Source: Bacteroidales bacterium
Lineage (GTDB): Bacteria; Bacteroidota; Bacteroidia; Bacteroidales; M50B96
Assembly: GCA_021740905.1 (NCBI GenBank)
Contig: JAIOYV010000008.1
Location: 9,543-73,542 of the forward strand
Length of the DNA: 64,000 bases
Reading direction: 5' to 3'
In this document: positions 18,996-29,351 of the stretch, in pieces
Layout: each line of letters begins with the position of its first letter
Position numbering within the stretch: position 1 is the stretch's first letter
Made by a program: the position numbers and the translations under genes
Notes under the pieces: model-generated
Seen by the model: only the letters and a program-made list of their open reading frames with translations
Databases searched by the model: none
Told to the model about the DNA's origin: nothing

Positions 18996-20081
18996 CTAAA
19001 TATACTGTCCGGTAAAAAACTTATGAGTATCATCAATCGGAATAGGATTTTCAAGTATCCAATTTACAAAACTCTCCCATTTTTCAGAATTTGTCTCTTG
19101 CCATTTCGAGAATGAATCTTCGTCACCTGCTAATAGCAACCAGTGATTGTATGCTTCAAAATGCCCACTTTCCAATAGATTTTTCTGGTAATCAAAAAGG
19201 ACATTGGGAAAGTTTTTATGTTGTTCGTTTTCAAAATACAACCTCACAAAATTTGTTCTTATCCTATCCAATACATCCAGGTTTATTTCTGTTTCACCAA
19301 TAATGGAAAGCATTAATGTAGGCTCATACGCTCCAATCCCGAAAGGTAACTTGAAATTTTCGGGATCACTTAAATCCTCTATATTTATCGCTGTATTTTT
19401 GCTAAAACTGACAGAAATCGAGCTATCCGAAATAAATTGGATTTCATTCTTATACGTGTTATAAAGAAACTCGCTGATTTCAAACGTCCGACGACTATTT
19501 GTTTCCAAATTAATGAAGATTTCGCCATACAACATTCCCCAAACTTTTTCGCTTGAACTCAAATATATCTTCGTGGCCCAAAAATAATTTGAAGGGAATT
19601 GTGGATCCACTTCTATTCCTTTTTCATAATAGTCCAGCGCATTCAAATATTCCTCTTTGTGAAGTTCCATATTGCCGCGTTCCAGGTAAAGACAACCGGA
19701 ATTTGGAAAAAGCTGGAGTCCTGTCTCATAAGTTTCTGTTGCCTTTTTTGGATTTTTGGAATAATCGTAATTATTACCAAGCATTTGATAAATCCGATCG
19801 TTCACATCAGGATGTTTCAATAATCCCTTTAGAATTTTTATCGCCTTTTTGTAATCAGTGTTCATGGAATAAGCATAGGCCATTTCGTAGGGATATCTAA
19901 GGCTCTCCGGATCAAGTTTGATGGCCACCTTTAAAAGTTTGATGGACTCTTCAATATATCCCGAATCCATTTTATTGATTGCAATCCTACCTATTTCGTA
20001 AGCTTTGTCCTGATTTGTTTGGCTGTAGGTTGAAAGGTTTAGCAGGCATAACAGACCAATGATTAGATTTTTCATAAGCAT
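18996..20081 (-). CDS. TPR-repeat secreted protein, hypothetical
   Basis: Signal peptide plus TPR-like repeats. AT-rich. Confidence 0.45.
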   Translation of the reverse strand: MLMKNLIIGLLCLLNLSTYSQTNQDKAYEIGRIAINKMDSGYIEESIKLLKVAIKLDPESLRYPYEMAYAYSMNTDYKKAIKILKGLLKHPDVNDRIYQMLGNNYDYSKNPKKATETYETGLQLFPNSGCLYLERGNMELHKEEYLNALDYYEKGIEVDPQFPSNYFWATKIYLSSSEKVWGMLYGEIFINLETNSRRTFEISEFLYNTYKNEIQFISDSSISVSFSKNTAINIEDLSDPENFKLPFGIGAYEPTLMLSIIGETEINLDVLDRIRTNFVRLYFENEQHKNFPNVLFDYQKNLLESGHFEAYNHWLLLAGDEDSFSKWQETNSEKWESFVNWILENPIPIDDTHKFFTGQYI

Positions 20082-20139
20082 TTTTTAAGTTTCAATAAAA
20101 ATAGATATTTTATTTATACCTACACCTGAGAAAAAGTTT

Positions 20140-21078
20140 TTATTGCCAAATCCTTGTATTCAAATCTAAATCTTCCACAATATCGGTGAACAGTCTAAAA
20201 TAGTCATAATTAATCCTGATGAACTCTTTATCGGATAATGGTTCAAAAATTCTTGGCTCAAACATATTTGTCAAAATTGGGATAGCCACATAAAGTCGAT
20301 TTTCTACAAATGAAAATGAAGTTTGACGATTGACTTTATTTTTATAGTCCAACATCCGTTGCATAAGGCTTGGTGAAAGGATATACCTGGACTCCACCTG
20401 GCTTTCACCTATTACCATGAATTCTTTTTCAAATACAGGGTCTTCCAGTTTTACAATTTCGGCATTTTTCATTTGCCCACTAAAATTCAGTTTGAATTTG
20501 CGCCATCGGGTTGTTGATTTTTCAGGCAGGACAACCGTTTTGGTCATAAAACTCTTATTAAAACCTGCGGTTATGATAATACCCGAAAATATCATTTCAG
20601 CTTTACTTCCATGATAAGCTTCAGTTTCTGAAAACATAATGGAAGTTTGTCCTATCCTGCATCGAACAAAATCATCACCACCAGTCGAATCCACTGTTTT
20701 ACTCATCAAAAGACTTCTTTGCATCAGGGCTTTAGACATTCGTTGTCGGGGTAGATATTCTACATCGTCGAACAAATATTGTAACATGGGCAAGAGGATT
20801 TCCTTCTTAAATTTAGGAGTAAGCATTATTCGGGTCTGGCGTATAGTAATAGCTGAATATCCTAAAAAAGCGAAAGTTGGAAATGCAGAAAGGAATACTA
20901 AAATTGGCTCGGGGTTTTTAACCATTAAATAAATAAGAATAGCTGCAAAGGGAACGCTGATAAAAAAATATCGGATGGATTCTCGGATGCCGGATTTTCT
21001 TTTTTCTTCTAAAGCAATAAGCTTGTCGTAAAGGATTTTATTGAATAGAACATCAAAATCCCCTGAGCCATTTTTCAT
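20140..21078 (-). CDS. membrane protein, possibly DUF3137 family (LemA-associated)
   Basis: Two transmembrane segments, located directly downstream of lemA as is typical for DUF3137. Assignment is from memory only. Confidence 0.35.
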   Translation of the reverse strand: MKNGSGDFDVLFNKILYDKLIALEEKRKSGIRESIRYFFISVPFAAILIYLMVKNPEPILVFLSAFPTFAFLGYSAITIRQTRIMLTPKFKKEILLPMLQYLFDDVEYLPRQRMSKALMQRSLLMSKTVDSTGGDDFVRCRIGQTSIMFSETEAYHGSKAEMIFSGIIITAGFNKSFMTKTVVLPEKSTTRWRKFKLNFSGQMKNAEIVKLEDPVFEKEFMVIGESQVESRYILSPSLMQRMLDYKNKVNRQTSFSFVENRLYVAIPILTNMFEPRIFEPLSDKEFIRINYDYFRLFTDIVEDLDLNTRIWQ

Positions 21079-21083
21079 GTTGA

Positions 21084-21686
21084 TTAGCTGTTGAATAATT
21101 CTTTGGCATTGATATTTTGCCTTTCATTATTTGATATTTCAAACACGCTCTGGGGGCTGAATTTTAAAAGATCGGCCAAGATATTATAAGGAAACATCTG
21201 GATGTGATTGTTATAATCGGTAACAGCCGCATTGAAATACCTTCTTGAGGCAGATATTTGTTCTTCGGTGGAATTCCAGCTTGCCTGTAAGTGTAAAAAA
21301 TTGGCACTGGCCTTTAAGTCTGGGTAATTCTCCACATTTAACAAAAGCCTGTCGGCATGTTTCTGAAGGGCATTGTATTTTTCAAGTTTTTCGTCTGACG
21401 GAATCTCACTACTTACTTGTGACCTTAATTTAGTGATTTCCACAAAAACGGTTTTCTCATGAGCCATGTATTGTTTCACCAACTCCACTAAGTTTGGCAA
21501 CAGATCGTATCGTTTTTTTAACATGGCATCAATTGAGGCAAAAGCATTATTTACCTCATTTCGCTTTCTGATGATAGTATTGTAGAGACCAATAATTATT
21601 AAAATCACCAGTCCAACAATTCCATAAATGATATAATCTGTGTACATAGTATAAGAGTTTAAACTTGATGGTAGATGTAAATTCAA
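21084..21686 (-). CDS. lemA: LemA family protein
   Basis: N-terminal transmembrane segment then LemA core (IRKRNEVNNAF...YDLLPNLVE...). Confidence 0.75.
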   Translation of the reverse strand: MNLHLPSSLNSYTMYTDYIIYGIVGLVILIIIGLYNTIIRKRNEVNNAFASIDAMLKKRYDLLPNLVELVKQYMAHEKTVFVEITKLRSQVSSEIPSDEKLEKYNALQKHADRLLLNVENYPDLKASANFLHLQASWNSTEEQISASRRYFNAAVTDYNNHIQMFPYNILADLLKFSPQSVFEISNNERQNINAKELFNS

Positions 21687-21847
21687 TGTTCACCAAAAAT
21701 AACAATTATGTTTGAATGGAGAAACCTTAACAAGGAAATATTATTATGGTGATTTATTAAACTTCTTGATGCAATCGTGCTATAGCTGGAGAAATATAAA
21801 CTAAAAAATTGTAGTTTTACGAATATCGAAATAGCACAATTATACTT

Positions 21848-22522
21848 ATGAACAAAAAAGTTATCATCACAGGTGCAACCGGAATGGTTGGCAAAGGTGT
21901 TCTCCTCGAATGTCTTGATCACGAATCCATTGGCGAAGTCCTGGTCATTGGGCGTAATTCCATCGGCATGGACCATCCCAAATTAAAAGAACTGACCCAT
22001 GAGGATTTTTTAGATTTCTCGAAAGTTAAAGATCAACTCATTGGATACGATGGATGTTTCTTTTGCATGGGAATAAGCGCAGCCGGATTAAAGGAAGCGG
22101 AATACAAAAAAATCACCTACGACTTCACCCTTTCGATGGCAAAAACACTGTTTGAATTAAATCCCGATATGACCTTTAGCTATGTTTCAGGCCAGGGAAC
22201 CGATTCAACAGAAAAAGGCCGGATGATGTGGGCACGGGTGAAGGGCAAAACGGAAAACGACCTGTTAATGCTGGGATTCAGGCAGGCTTTTATGTTTAGG
22301 CCTGGAGCAATAATTCCCTTACGAGGCATCAAATCCCGGACAAAAAGCTACCAGTTTATGTATGATTATTTTATGTGGTTGGTGAAACTCATAAAATTTC
22401 TTTCGCCCAATTCGGTCGTAAACACCACACAAATAGGCCTGGCAATGATAAACTCAATGTTGAATGGCTATGACAAAAAGATTTTAATCCCCAGAGATAT
22501 CATTAAACTTTCCAAAATGTAG
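21848..22522 (+). CDS. NAD(P)H-binding protein (atypical SDR)
   Basis: Rossmann motif ITGATGMVG at the N-terminus. Confidence 0.7.
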   Translation: MNKKVIITGATGMVGKGVLLECLDHESIGEVLVIGRNSIGMDHPKLKELTHEDFLDFSKVKDQLIGYDGCFFCMGISAAGLKEAEYKKITYDFTLSMAKTLFELNPDMTFSYVSGQGTDSTEKGRMMWARVKGKTENDLLMLGFRQAFMFRPGAIIPLRGIKSRTKSYQFMYDYFMWLVKLIKFLSPNSVVNTTQIGLAMINSMLNGYDKKILIPRDIIKLSKM

Positions 22523-22574
22523 TATTAATCTGCAGTTTTAAAAAAGTATAGACTTATGATTGCAGAGCAACCTT

Positions 22575-23459
22575 CTAACCCATCTTTACAGATGTCATGG
22601 TTAACGAACCACCAACAGGTTGATCGTTGAAAATGCATGTCTCATCATTATTGTCTTTTAGTGCCAGGGTGTATATAAGAGGAAGAAAATGCTCTGGAGT
22701 AGGTATTGCCAGCTCGAAGGCTTTTCCCTGTGATTTGTAGTTTATGAGGTTTTGAAAATTACCATCAAGAATGTAGCCTTTCATTTTTTCATTGGCTTCT
22801 GTGGCCCAGTCATAAGCATAAGGCTGCCCGGAAAGTCTGTCCCAGGCTACCATTCCAAGATTATGCACCATGTTTCCACTCCCTATAATCAGGATACCTT
22901 TTTCACGAAGCTTGCTTAATTCACGTGCTAAATCGAAGTGATATTGTGCCGGTTGGGTATAATCCAGGCTGAGCTGAATAGTTGGTATGTCCGCATTTGG
23001 ATATAGATGTTTAATAACACTCCATGCACCATGATCCAATCCCCATTTTTCATCGAGGGCTAAGGTTGTCTTTTCGACCAGGTTTTTGGTTTCTTCAGCT
23101 AAAGCTGGACTGCCCGGTGCAGGATACTGAACCTCGTATAGTTTTGAAGGAAATCCGCCAAAATCATGGATAGTTCTCGGATTTTGCATAGCAGTAACAT
23201 AAGTTCCCTTTGTTTCCCAATGAGCCGAAATACAAATAATTGCCTTGGGTTTGCTTATCGTCTTACCAACTTCTCTAAACCCCTGAACAAACTCATTTTC
23301 TTCAATCGCGTTCATCGGACTCCCATGGCCGAGAAAGAGAACGGGCATTTTTTCAGTTTTATCCAACAAGTTGGTCAATTCATTAAGGGCATTGAGTTTC
23401 ATCGATTTTGAAATTAAAGGCAACAGCGCTAAATATTTAAGAAAATCTTTTCTATTCAT
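22575..23459 (-). CDS. class III extradiol dioxygenase, LigB/YgiD family (4,5-DOPA dioxygenase-like)
   Basis: LFLGHGSPMN...ISAHWET motifs. Start set at MNRKDFLKYLA, which has a Tat-like signal. Confidence 0.7.
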   Translation of the reverse strand: MNRKDFLKYLALLPLISKSMKLNALNELTNLLDKTEKMPVLFLGHGSPMNAIEENEFVQGFREVGKTISKPKAIICISAHWETKGTYVTAMQNPRTIHDFGGFPSKLYEVQYPAPGSPALAEETKNLVEKTTLALDEKWGLDHGAWSVIKHLYPNADIPTIQLSLDYTQPAQYHFDLARELSKLREKGILIIGSGNMVHNLGMVAWDRLSGQPYAYDWATEANEKMKGYILDGNFQNLINYKSQGKAFELAIPTPEHFLPLIYTLALKDNNDETCIFNDQPVGGSLTMTSVKMG

Positions 23460-23701
23460 TTTTAAAGCATAAAAAAACAGGATAGCCCAGTAGGAGTATA
23501 GCCTGATACTATTTGCATATATGAAACACAGCATAGCCAAAGAATGTTTTTGAGTAGATCAGAGTAGAATTTAGTTGGCTTAAGAATTGAAATTTGTCAT
23601 ACTCCTTATGACCTTTTCCAGGTTTCTGTTTTAATTGTCTGGAGTATCATGGCAAAAAATACAATACGGCTATATCCTTTCTCATAAAATAACCGTGCTT
23701 A

Positions 23702-24484
23702 CTAATTCCCATCAAAACCATTGAACCAGATTTTTAACTGCGATACTTTTTCGCGGCTGACAATAATCTCCTTGTCAAAATCGAAGAGGAGCTTTATTTT
23801 CAGCCGGCTGTTGGAGTAGACCAGCACATCGGCTATGGAATTGATCTGGACAATGAAAGTACGGTTCACCCGAAAGAATACCGAAGGATCGAGAATCTCT
23901 TCCAGTTGTTCGAGCCGGTAGTCGATAATGTATTGTTTTTTGGCATCGGTGACTAAGTACACAGTACGGCCATCGGCATAAAACAGCGATATATTTTCGG
24001 TGGCGATGGTGCGGATATGATCGCCCACCTTCACCATGAAACGGGTTTTGTAGCTCTTCTGAAATTGCGACAATACCAGGCTCAACTCCTCGAACTGTTG
24101 CTTTTGTTTGGTGTCGGGGAGGTTGGCCTGCAACGATTTTATTTTTTCCATGCTCCAGTGCAGGTCATCGAAACGGATGGGTTTCAACAGGTAGTCGATG
24201 CTGTTTAGTTTGAAAGCTTCGATGGCATATTCATTGAAAGCCGTGGTGAAAATGATGGGTTTCTGGATGTTGATCTGTGTGAAAATATCGAAACTTAAAC
24301 CATCGCTCAACTGTATGTCAAGAAAGAGTAAATCAACATGATTTGCAGGATCTCTCAACCATTCAACGGTTTGTGAAACCGACGAAAAGATGCCCATAAT
24401 TTCGATGGCCGAATCGTATTTCGTAAGGAGCCGTTCAAGTTTTTCGGCAGCTGGTTTTTCGTCTTCAACAATAATTACTTTCAT
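23702..24484 (-). CDS. LytTR family two-component response regulator
   Basis: Receiver domain (MKVIIVEDE...D) plus a C-terminal LytTR DNA-binding domain. Confidence 0.85.
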   Translation of the reverse strand: MKVIIVEDEKPAAEKLERLLTKYDSAIEIMGIFSSVSQTVEWLRDPANHVDLLFLDIQLSDGLSFDIFTQINIQKPIIFTTAFNEYAIEAFKLNSIDYLLKPIRFDDLHWSMEKIKSLQANLPDTKQKQQFEELSLVLSQFQKSYKTRFMVKVGDHIRTIATENISLFYADGRTVYLVTDAKKQYIIDYRLEQLEEILDPSVFFRVNRTFIVQINSIADVLVYSNSRLKIKLLFDFDKEIIVSREKVSQLKIWFNGFDGN

Positions 24485-24563
24485 GTGTATAAATTTTTTT
24501 AACCGCAAAGTTTCTTAGACTCAAAGTATAAATTTCAAAATGAATCCACCAAAAATTACTTTT

Positions 24564-25628
24564 TTAATCTGTGAATTTGTGGCATTCTTCAAGTACCATT
24601 TTAAGCAAAGGTATTTTAATCAATTGCATACCATCCTCTTCGATGTATTCGAAGGGCAAATCGGAAAAATACAGGTACGATGTTTTCATCCTTTCGAGCC
24701 GGTTCGAATAGTCATGTCCGGGTCCGAGCCTTTTGTTCAAGGGATGTTTAATTTGAAGGTAATCATCATTCAGTGATACATCTATCGTGAGGCCCTGATG
24801 CTGATCAATAATGCTGGTCCGGCAGGCAATTTCGAGTAAACTCAAAAGGGCACAGGGTATCAACAGTTTTTCCGATTGTTTTTTGCTGATATTTTGAACA
24901 AGATTGATTTGCCCTGAATATCGGGTATTTAAAATATAGAGAAGCGAATCAACCAGTTTCAATTCCTCCCGTAAAGGCACAAGGTCGTTGTTTCGGTTGT
25001 GCAGACAGTAGCGATAAAACGCCGACAAATGCCCGATGAACTCATCGGCTTCTTTTTTCGAGCGGTGGATCAACCCAATAAGGCTTTCAAAACTGTCGAA
25101 AAGCAAGCCCGGGTTTACTTCGTTTTTAAAACTCTCTAGGTCGGCCTCAAGGTTTTTTCGGAGCAAGGTTTCTGCATTTATCTTTACTTCATTTTTCTTA
25201 TCAAGGAAAAAAAGGCTTAGGTGGATAAGGTTGTACAACAAGCTGGTTAGTAAAAACATGGCGTTGAAAGTAATCAACTCGGTGCGGAAAGAGGTAAAGC
25301 CCACCACAAACCGGAAATAGAACCACAAGCCCAAACTGACAATCAGGATGCTGAGAAGAAACCCTGCCCCAAATTGCAGGATGATGTGCCAGGTATGGCG
25401 ATTTTGTCGGGTCATAATTTTACCAATCAACAGGTTGATGGCACGAATAGCCTCGAACTGGATATAGCACAATGCAATGGTCACGAAAATTTCCTGGCTA
25501 AAGAAATTCTCTTTAAGCCATGTCAACGAATCGAAAATCAATAGAATAAGGATATAGACCACCGAGCCGTAAAGCATGGGTGCAATAAGCCTGAAAACAA
25601 TGCGGTTCAGAAAAATATCAGGCTTCAT
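24564..25628 (-). CDS. sensor histidine kinase (LytS/His_kinase type)
   Basis: Multi-transmembrane N-terminus with a C-terminal His-kinase internal region and ATPase region. Overlaps the next kinase by 11 nt. Confidence 0.7.
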   Translation of the reverse strand: MKPDIFLNRIVFRLIAPMLYGSVVYILILLIFDSLTWLKENFFSQEIFVTIALCYIQFEAIRAINLLIGKIMTRQNRHTWHIILQFGAGFLLSILIVSLGLWFYFRFVVGFTSFRTELITFNAMFLLTSLLYNLIHLSLFFLDKKNEVKINAETLLRKNLEADLESFKNEVNPGLLFDSFESLIGLIHRSKKEADEFIGHLSAFYRYCLHNRNNDLVPLREELKLVDSLLYILNTRYSGQINLVQNISKKQSEKLLIPCALLSLLEIACRTSIIDQHQGLTIDVSLNDDYLQIKHPLNKRLGPGHDYSNRLERMKTSYLYFSDLPFEYIEEDGMQLIKIPLLKMVLEECHKFTD

Positions 25629-26700
25629 AATTGGCAGGGATTAGAGGTAAAAGCACAGTAAAATTCTCGTTGCAACGCATCGTTACTTTTTCATCGGTAA
25701 AAAAAGCATAGCGTTTTCTGATGTTCTCCAGGCCAATTTTCATCGATTGACCCACCGGGGGTTTACGCAGCATTTTATCGTCCAGTACAATATGCCCTGG
25801 TTTTGGCCTGAACGGATTGCTAATTTCAAGAAAGCTTCCTTCTTTCACAGAAATCCTGATTTCAAGAGGCTCCTCTTCAGACATCCGGTTGTGTTTTAGG
25901 GCATTTTCAAGGAGCATTTGTAGGCTAAGGGGTGGGATTTTGGAGGTCATAAATTCTGTGCCGATTTCAATTTTTAGCTTGAATAAGTGCTCAAAACGGA
26001 CACCCATTAAGTTGGCATAGCCTTGCACCATTTCTATTTCGTCCGACAAACTAATCAGTTTTTGTTCATGTGTTTGGAGGATATACTGAAAAGAACCGGA
26101 CAGGTCGCGGATAAATTTTTCGGCTATTTTGCTATCACGATAAAGAAGTGAAGAAACCGTGTTGAGCGAATTGAACAAATAATGCGGGCTTAACTGGCTT
26201 TTCAATGCTTCGAACTGAAGGTTCAACAACCTGCGTTTTTGTTTCTCTTCTTCAATTTGGATGGCGGTGAAAAAGTTGAACGAAAAGAAAGCGAAGTCGA
26301 CAATTTCGGCAAGGAAAACCAGAAAAGTGGAAATGATGAGCAACTTCCAGTGCATATCGCCAAAAGCCAAGGGCATTCGAGCTGTTTCATTTCTGAATAA
26401 ATAATACTCGGCCAACCAGGTTATTAGCAACACGAAACCCGTTATCAGGACGGCCTGGTACACAAATCCAACGATAAAACGAAGTCCCAGTTGTTTTTTC
26501 CAGTGAAACCAACCATTGAGTTGATTTGCCGATAGATAATAGATAAACCCGGCAAGACCGCCCACACAAATCGAAAACAGAAAGTCATCAAAATGGCTGG
26601 ATAGGGAAGGGAACACACCATTGAAGCTATACGACAAATACGTGTACACCACCAATCCGAGCAATGATGCGATTCCGATAATCCAACCCTGTTTTTTCAA
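25618..26700 (-). CDS. sensor histidine kinase (LytS/His_kinase type), paralog
   Basis: Same architecture as 24564-25628, including HYLFNSLN and ENA-KHN motifs. Confidence 0.7.
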   Translation of the reverse strand: MKKQGWIIGIASLLGLVVYTYLSYSFNGVFPSLSSHFDDFLFSICVGGLAGFIYYLSANQLNGWFHWKKQLGLRFIVGFVYQAVLITGFVLLITWLAEYYLFRNETARMPLAFGDMHWKLLIISTFLVFLAEIVDFAFFSFNFFTAIQIEEEKQKRRLLNLQFEALKSQLSPHYLFNSLNTVSSLLYRDSKIAEKFIRDLSGSFQYILQTHEQKLISLSDEIEMVQGYANLMGVRFEHLFKLKIEIGTEFMTSKIPPLSLQMLLENALKHNRMSEEEPLEIRISVKEGSFLEISNPFRPKPGHIVLDDKMLRKPPVGQSMKIGLENIRKRYAFFTDEKVTMRCNENFTVLLPLIPANYEA

Positions 26701-26865
26701 ATCTATTCTATTTTGATTACTTAAAGCCAGAAATTCAAAAGTAAGAATTTGTTCCTAATAATGAATTTCCGGCTTGGAAAACTGGTTTGCGAAATAAACT
26801 GTGCTGTTTAATATTTTAATCTTTCGGCTAAAACATTTGCAAAAATGCCTAATTATGTAATCAGG

Positions 26866-26961
26866 GAGGATTTTCCCCGCTGGCGGGGGTTAGGGAGTGG
26901 AATTAAATGCTGATTCCCCCCTCTTATTCTCCCCAAGGGCAGACAATTCTCCGTTGCAATC
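26866..26961 (+). repeat. dispersed ~100-bp intergenic repeat, copy 2
   Basis: Matches copy 1 at 10753-10850 over nearly its full length, in the same orientation. Confidence 0.55.
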
Positions 26962-27129
26962 TTTTGTGAATGTTATTATAGATTCTCTTTTAATTTCACA
27001 ACAATATTGTCTTTTAAAGACCTGACACAAAATTTATATTCCCTAATCACTCCTTTTCTCCAATTTAAGTTCTGAACAAAAACCCGGATGTTTCAAAATG
27101 GGTCAATAATCTGATTGAAACCCCAAGGC

Positions 27130-28821
27130 TTAGTTCAGTTCTTTCATCACTCGGTCGCGTTCCGACTGAGAGGAAATGGTACTTGCAACTTCCCTGTATT
27201 TCGAAACATACTCCAATTCCTTTGGCATAATCTGGGCAAGCTCAACCAGCACACTTGCTTTTTCGGTATTCGACGCCAACCTTGTAGTACTGTGCAATAT
27301 CCCAAAAATATAATCTGGATTCAGTTTTCCTTTTCTGATTAATTCACGTAGTACCCGCCCATGCTCCGTATCGCTCGAAATGGTATTTACTGTAAGGAAA
27401 AAAGCTTCAACCACCGATTTATTTAATTCGAGATGTGGAATTAAATCGCGCATCACATAGCCCAATTCCATGTTTGACGAAAGGCGCTTTGTGGCATAGA
27501 GGAACTCAATCATGGCATCAGTATTTAGGGTCTGGGCACTGATCAGGTCGCGCAGTACCCGGCCTTTTTCGGTATTACTCGACAAACTGTTGACCGTGGC
27601 AAAATAAGCAAGCATAATCTCCTTGTCGTTCAAATCGATGTTCTTCATTCCCCGCAACACCGTCCCCAGTTCAACATTCGAGCTGATTCGTTTGGCCGAA
27701 TAGAGATAAGCAATCATGGCATCTTTATTCAGTTGTGTTTTTCGGTACAATTCGCGCAGTACCCGGCCACCTTCCGTATTGCTTGTGAGACTGGTAACCG
27801 CCGCAAAATAAGCTTCGATCACATCGGGATTGGTGAAATTAACTTTCTTGATGGAATGTAATACCGATGCCAGCTCAGTGTTCGACGTTATCTTTTTAGT
27901 GGTGACCAAATAGGAAATGAAGGCCTCATCCGAAAGATCCTGCTTCGTAAGCAAATCGCGCAGTACACTGCCACTTTCGGTGCTGCTTTCCATTTTGTTT
28001 ACCACATTGAAATAAGCCTCCGAAATCAAGGGGTTGTTTATATTAATTTTTGGATTGATGGTCCTTAAAACGGATCCGCGCTCGGTGTTTGAATACATCT
28101 TTGCAACACTCCGCAAATAGGCGGCACACACATCGGGATCGGTGATGAACAACTCAAAATGTTTGCGGTAAAATTTGGCACATTCGGTTTCGGAACTAAT
28201 CCTGACCGGTATGTTTTCGATGATGGATATTTTTTCAATTTTCGTTAAACCAGGTTGCGACATTAATGCCGAAAAATATTCAGCCTTTACCGAATTGGAT
28301 GGCAATAGGTTAATTTCAGCAATCACCCCATCGACGCCTTTGCTGGCATATATGCGCTTGGCTCGGTTCTCTGCATCAATTCCGGTAGCCCTGATCACTT
28401 CAATCAGCACTTCGCCCAACCATTTTTTCCCTTCCGGTTCGTAAGGCTGTTCATTCCGGTTTTCGTAAAACTTGCGGGTTAACTGTCCATTCGAATCGCT
28501 TTCGATACTTATGGTCCGCTTGTTCCCAAAAGTTTTTTGGCTGAACCTTAGATAGCCTCCAGGTGAGATACTTTTTAAGTCCCGGTCGTTGTCGGTGACA
28601 CGGATTTCTCCTTTTAATTCGATATCGAGATCGGAGGTTGGAGTGGATACTCTGTAACTCGAAAGACCTCCAGTTCCATAGGTACAGTTGACAATTTTAC
28701 AATCGCCGGAGTAGCTCATTGTTGAACTTTTATGAGCCGAGCAACTCCAAAATGAAGTGGCAATAGGAATTACAACGATAAGCAAAGATCGAAAAATTTG
28801 GCGCAATCTTCTTTTTTCCAT
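27130..28821 (-). CDS. lipoprotein with about 10 tandem ~37-aa repeats (S-N-T-E-x-G-x-V-L-R-x-L core), function unknown
   Basis: Signal peptide and lipobox (FWSC). The repeats read AYLxSVAKMYSNTERGSVLRTI, SNTEGGRVLRELY, SNTEKGRVLRDLI and so on. Confidence 0.5.
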   Translation of the reverse strand: MEKRRLRQIFRSLLIVVIPIATSFWSCSAHKSSTMSYSGDCKIVNCTYGTGGLSSYRVSTPTSDLDIELKGEIRVTDNDRDLKSISPGGYLRFSQKTFGNKRTISIESDSNGQLTRKFYENRNEQPYEPEGKKWLGEVLIEVIRATGIDAENRAKRIYASKGVDGVIAEINLLPSNSVKAEYFSALMSQPGLTKIEKISIIENIPVRISSETECAKFYRKHFELFITDPDVCAAYLRSVAKMYSNTERGSVLRTINPKININNPLISEAYFNVVNKMESSTESGSVLRDLLTKQDLSDEAFISYLVTTKKITSNTELASVLHSIKKVNFTNPDVIEAYFAAVTSLTSNTEGGRVLRELYRKTQLNKDAMIAYLYSAKRISSNVELGTVLRGMKNIDLNDKEIMLAYFATVNSLSSNTEKGRVLRDLISAQTLNTDAMIEFLYATKRLSSNMELGYVMRDLIPHLELNKSVVEAFFLTVNTISSDTEHGRVLRELIRKGKLNPDYIFGILHSTTRLASNTEKASVLVELAQIMPKELEYVSKYREVASTISSQSERDRVMKELN

Positions 28822-28924
28822 GACGTTTAGTTTTGGTTTCTTAAATTCAATGCAATGATCGAAAGAATTAACACTCTATTAAAATGCAATGAACTGAACC
28901 GTTGATTTTGTGTAGTGAACGGTT

Positions 28925-29215
28925 TTCAGTCTTCAGTCCACAGTTCGCAGTAGGCAGTCTCCAGACGGCAGTCGATTTACCCCTCTGAAGATTTAGCGTA
29001 GCTGGACCCTCGGGAATAAGTAGTTGGTGATTGACAACACGGCAGATGTAGAGACGCAATTTATTGCGTCTTTGCGTTTTATTTGATCCATAATAACAGA
29101 TGGAAATTCAACGGGTTTAAAGACGCAATTTATTGCGTCTCTACATGAACAATATTGTCGATTTTTGACTTCCGGACAGACTGAAGACTGCCAACTGGAA
29201 ACTGCGGACTAGAGA
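28925..29215. repeat. ~290-bp inverted-repeat element with twin internal palindromes (MITE-like)
   Basis: The outer arms are cagtcttcagtccacag... and ...ggacagactgaagactg. The inner 25-bp inverted repeats at 29047-29071 and 29121-29145 each contain the palindrome GACGCAATTTATTGCGTC. Confidence 0.45.
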
Positions 29216-29351
29216 CTATCATCTAACTAAATTGTTAGTACCCTGATAATATTGCCTTTACGCAATCGAGTCAGGTTTCTGCCAAATTTCCACTTTCCAG
29301 CTTCCAGTTTCAATACCCACATGAGGCAATTAAAAGACTGCCAGATGAGAA

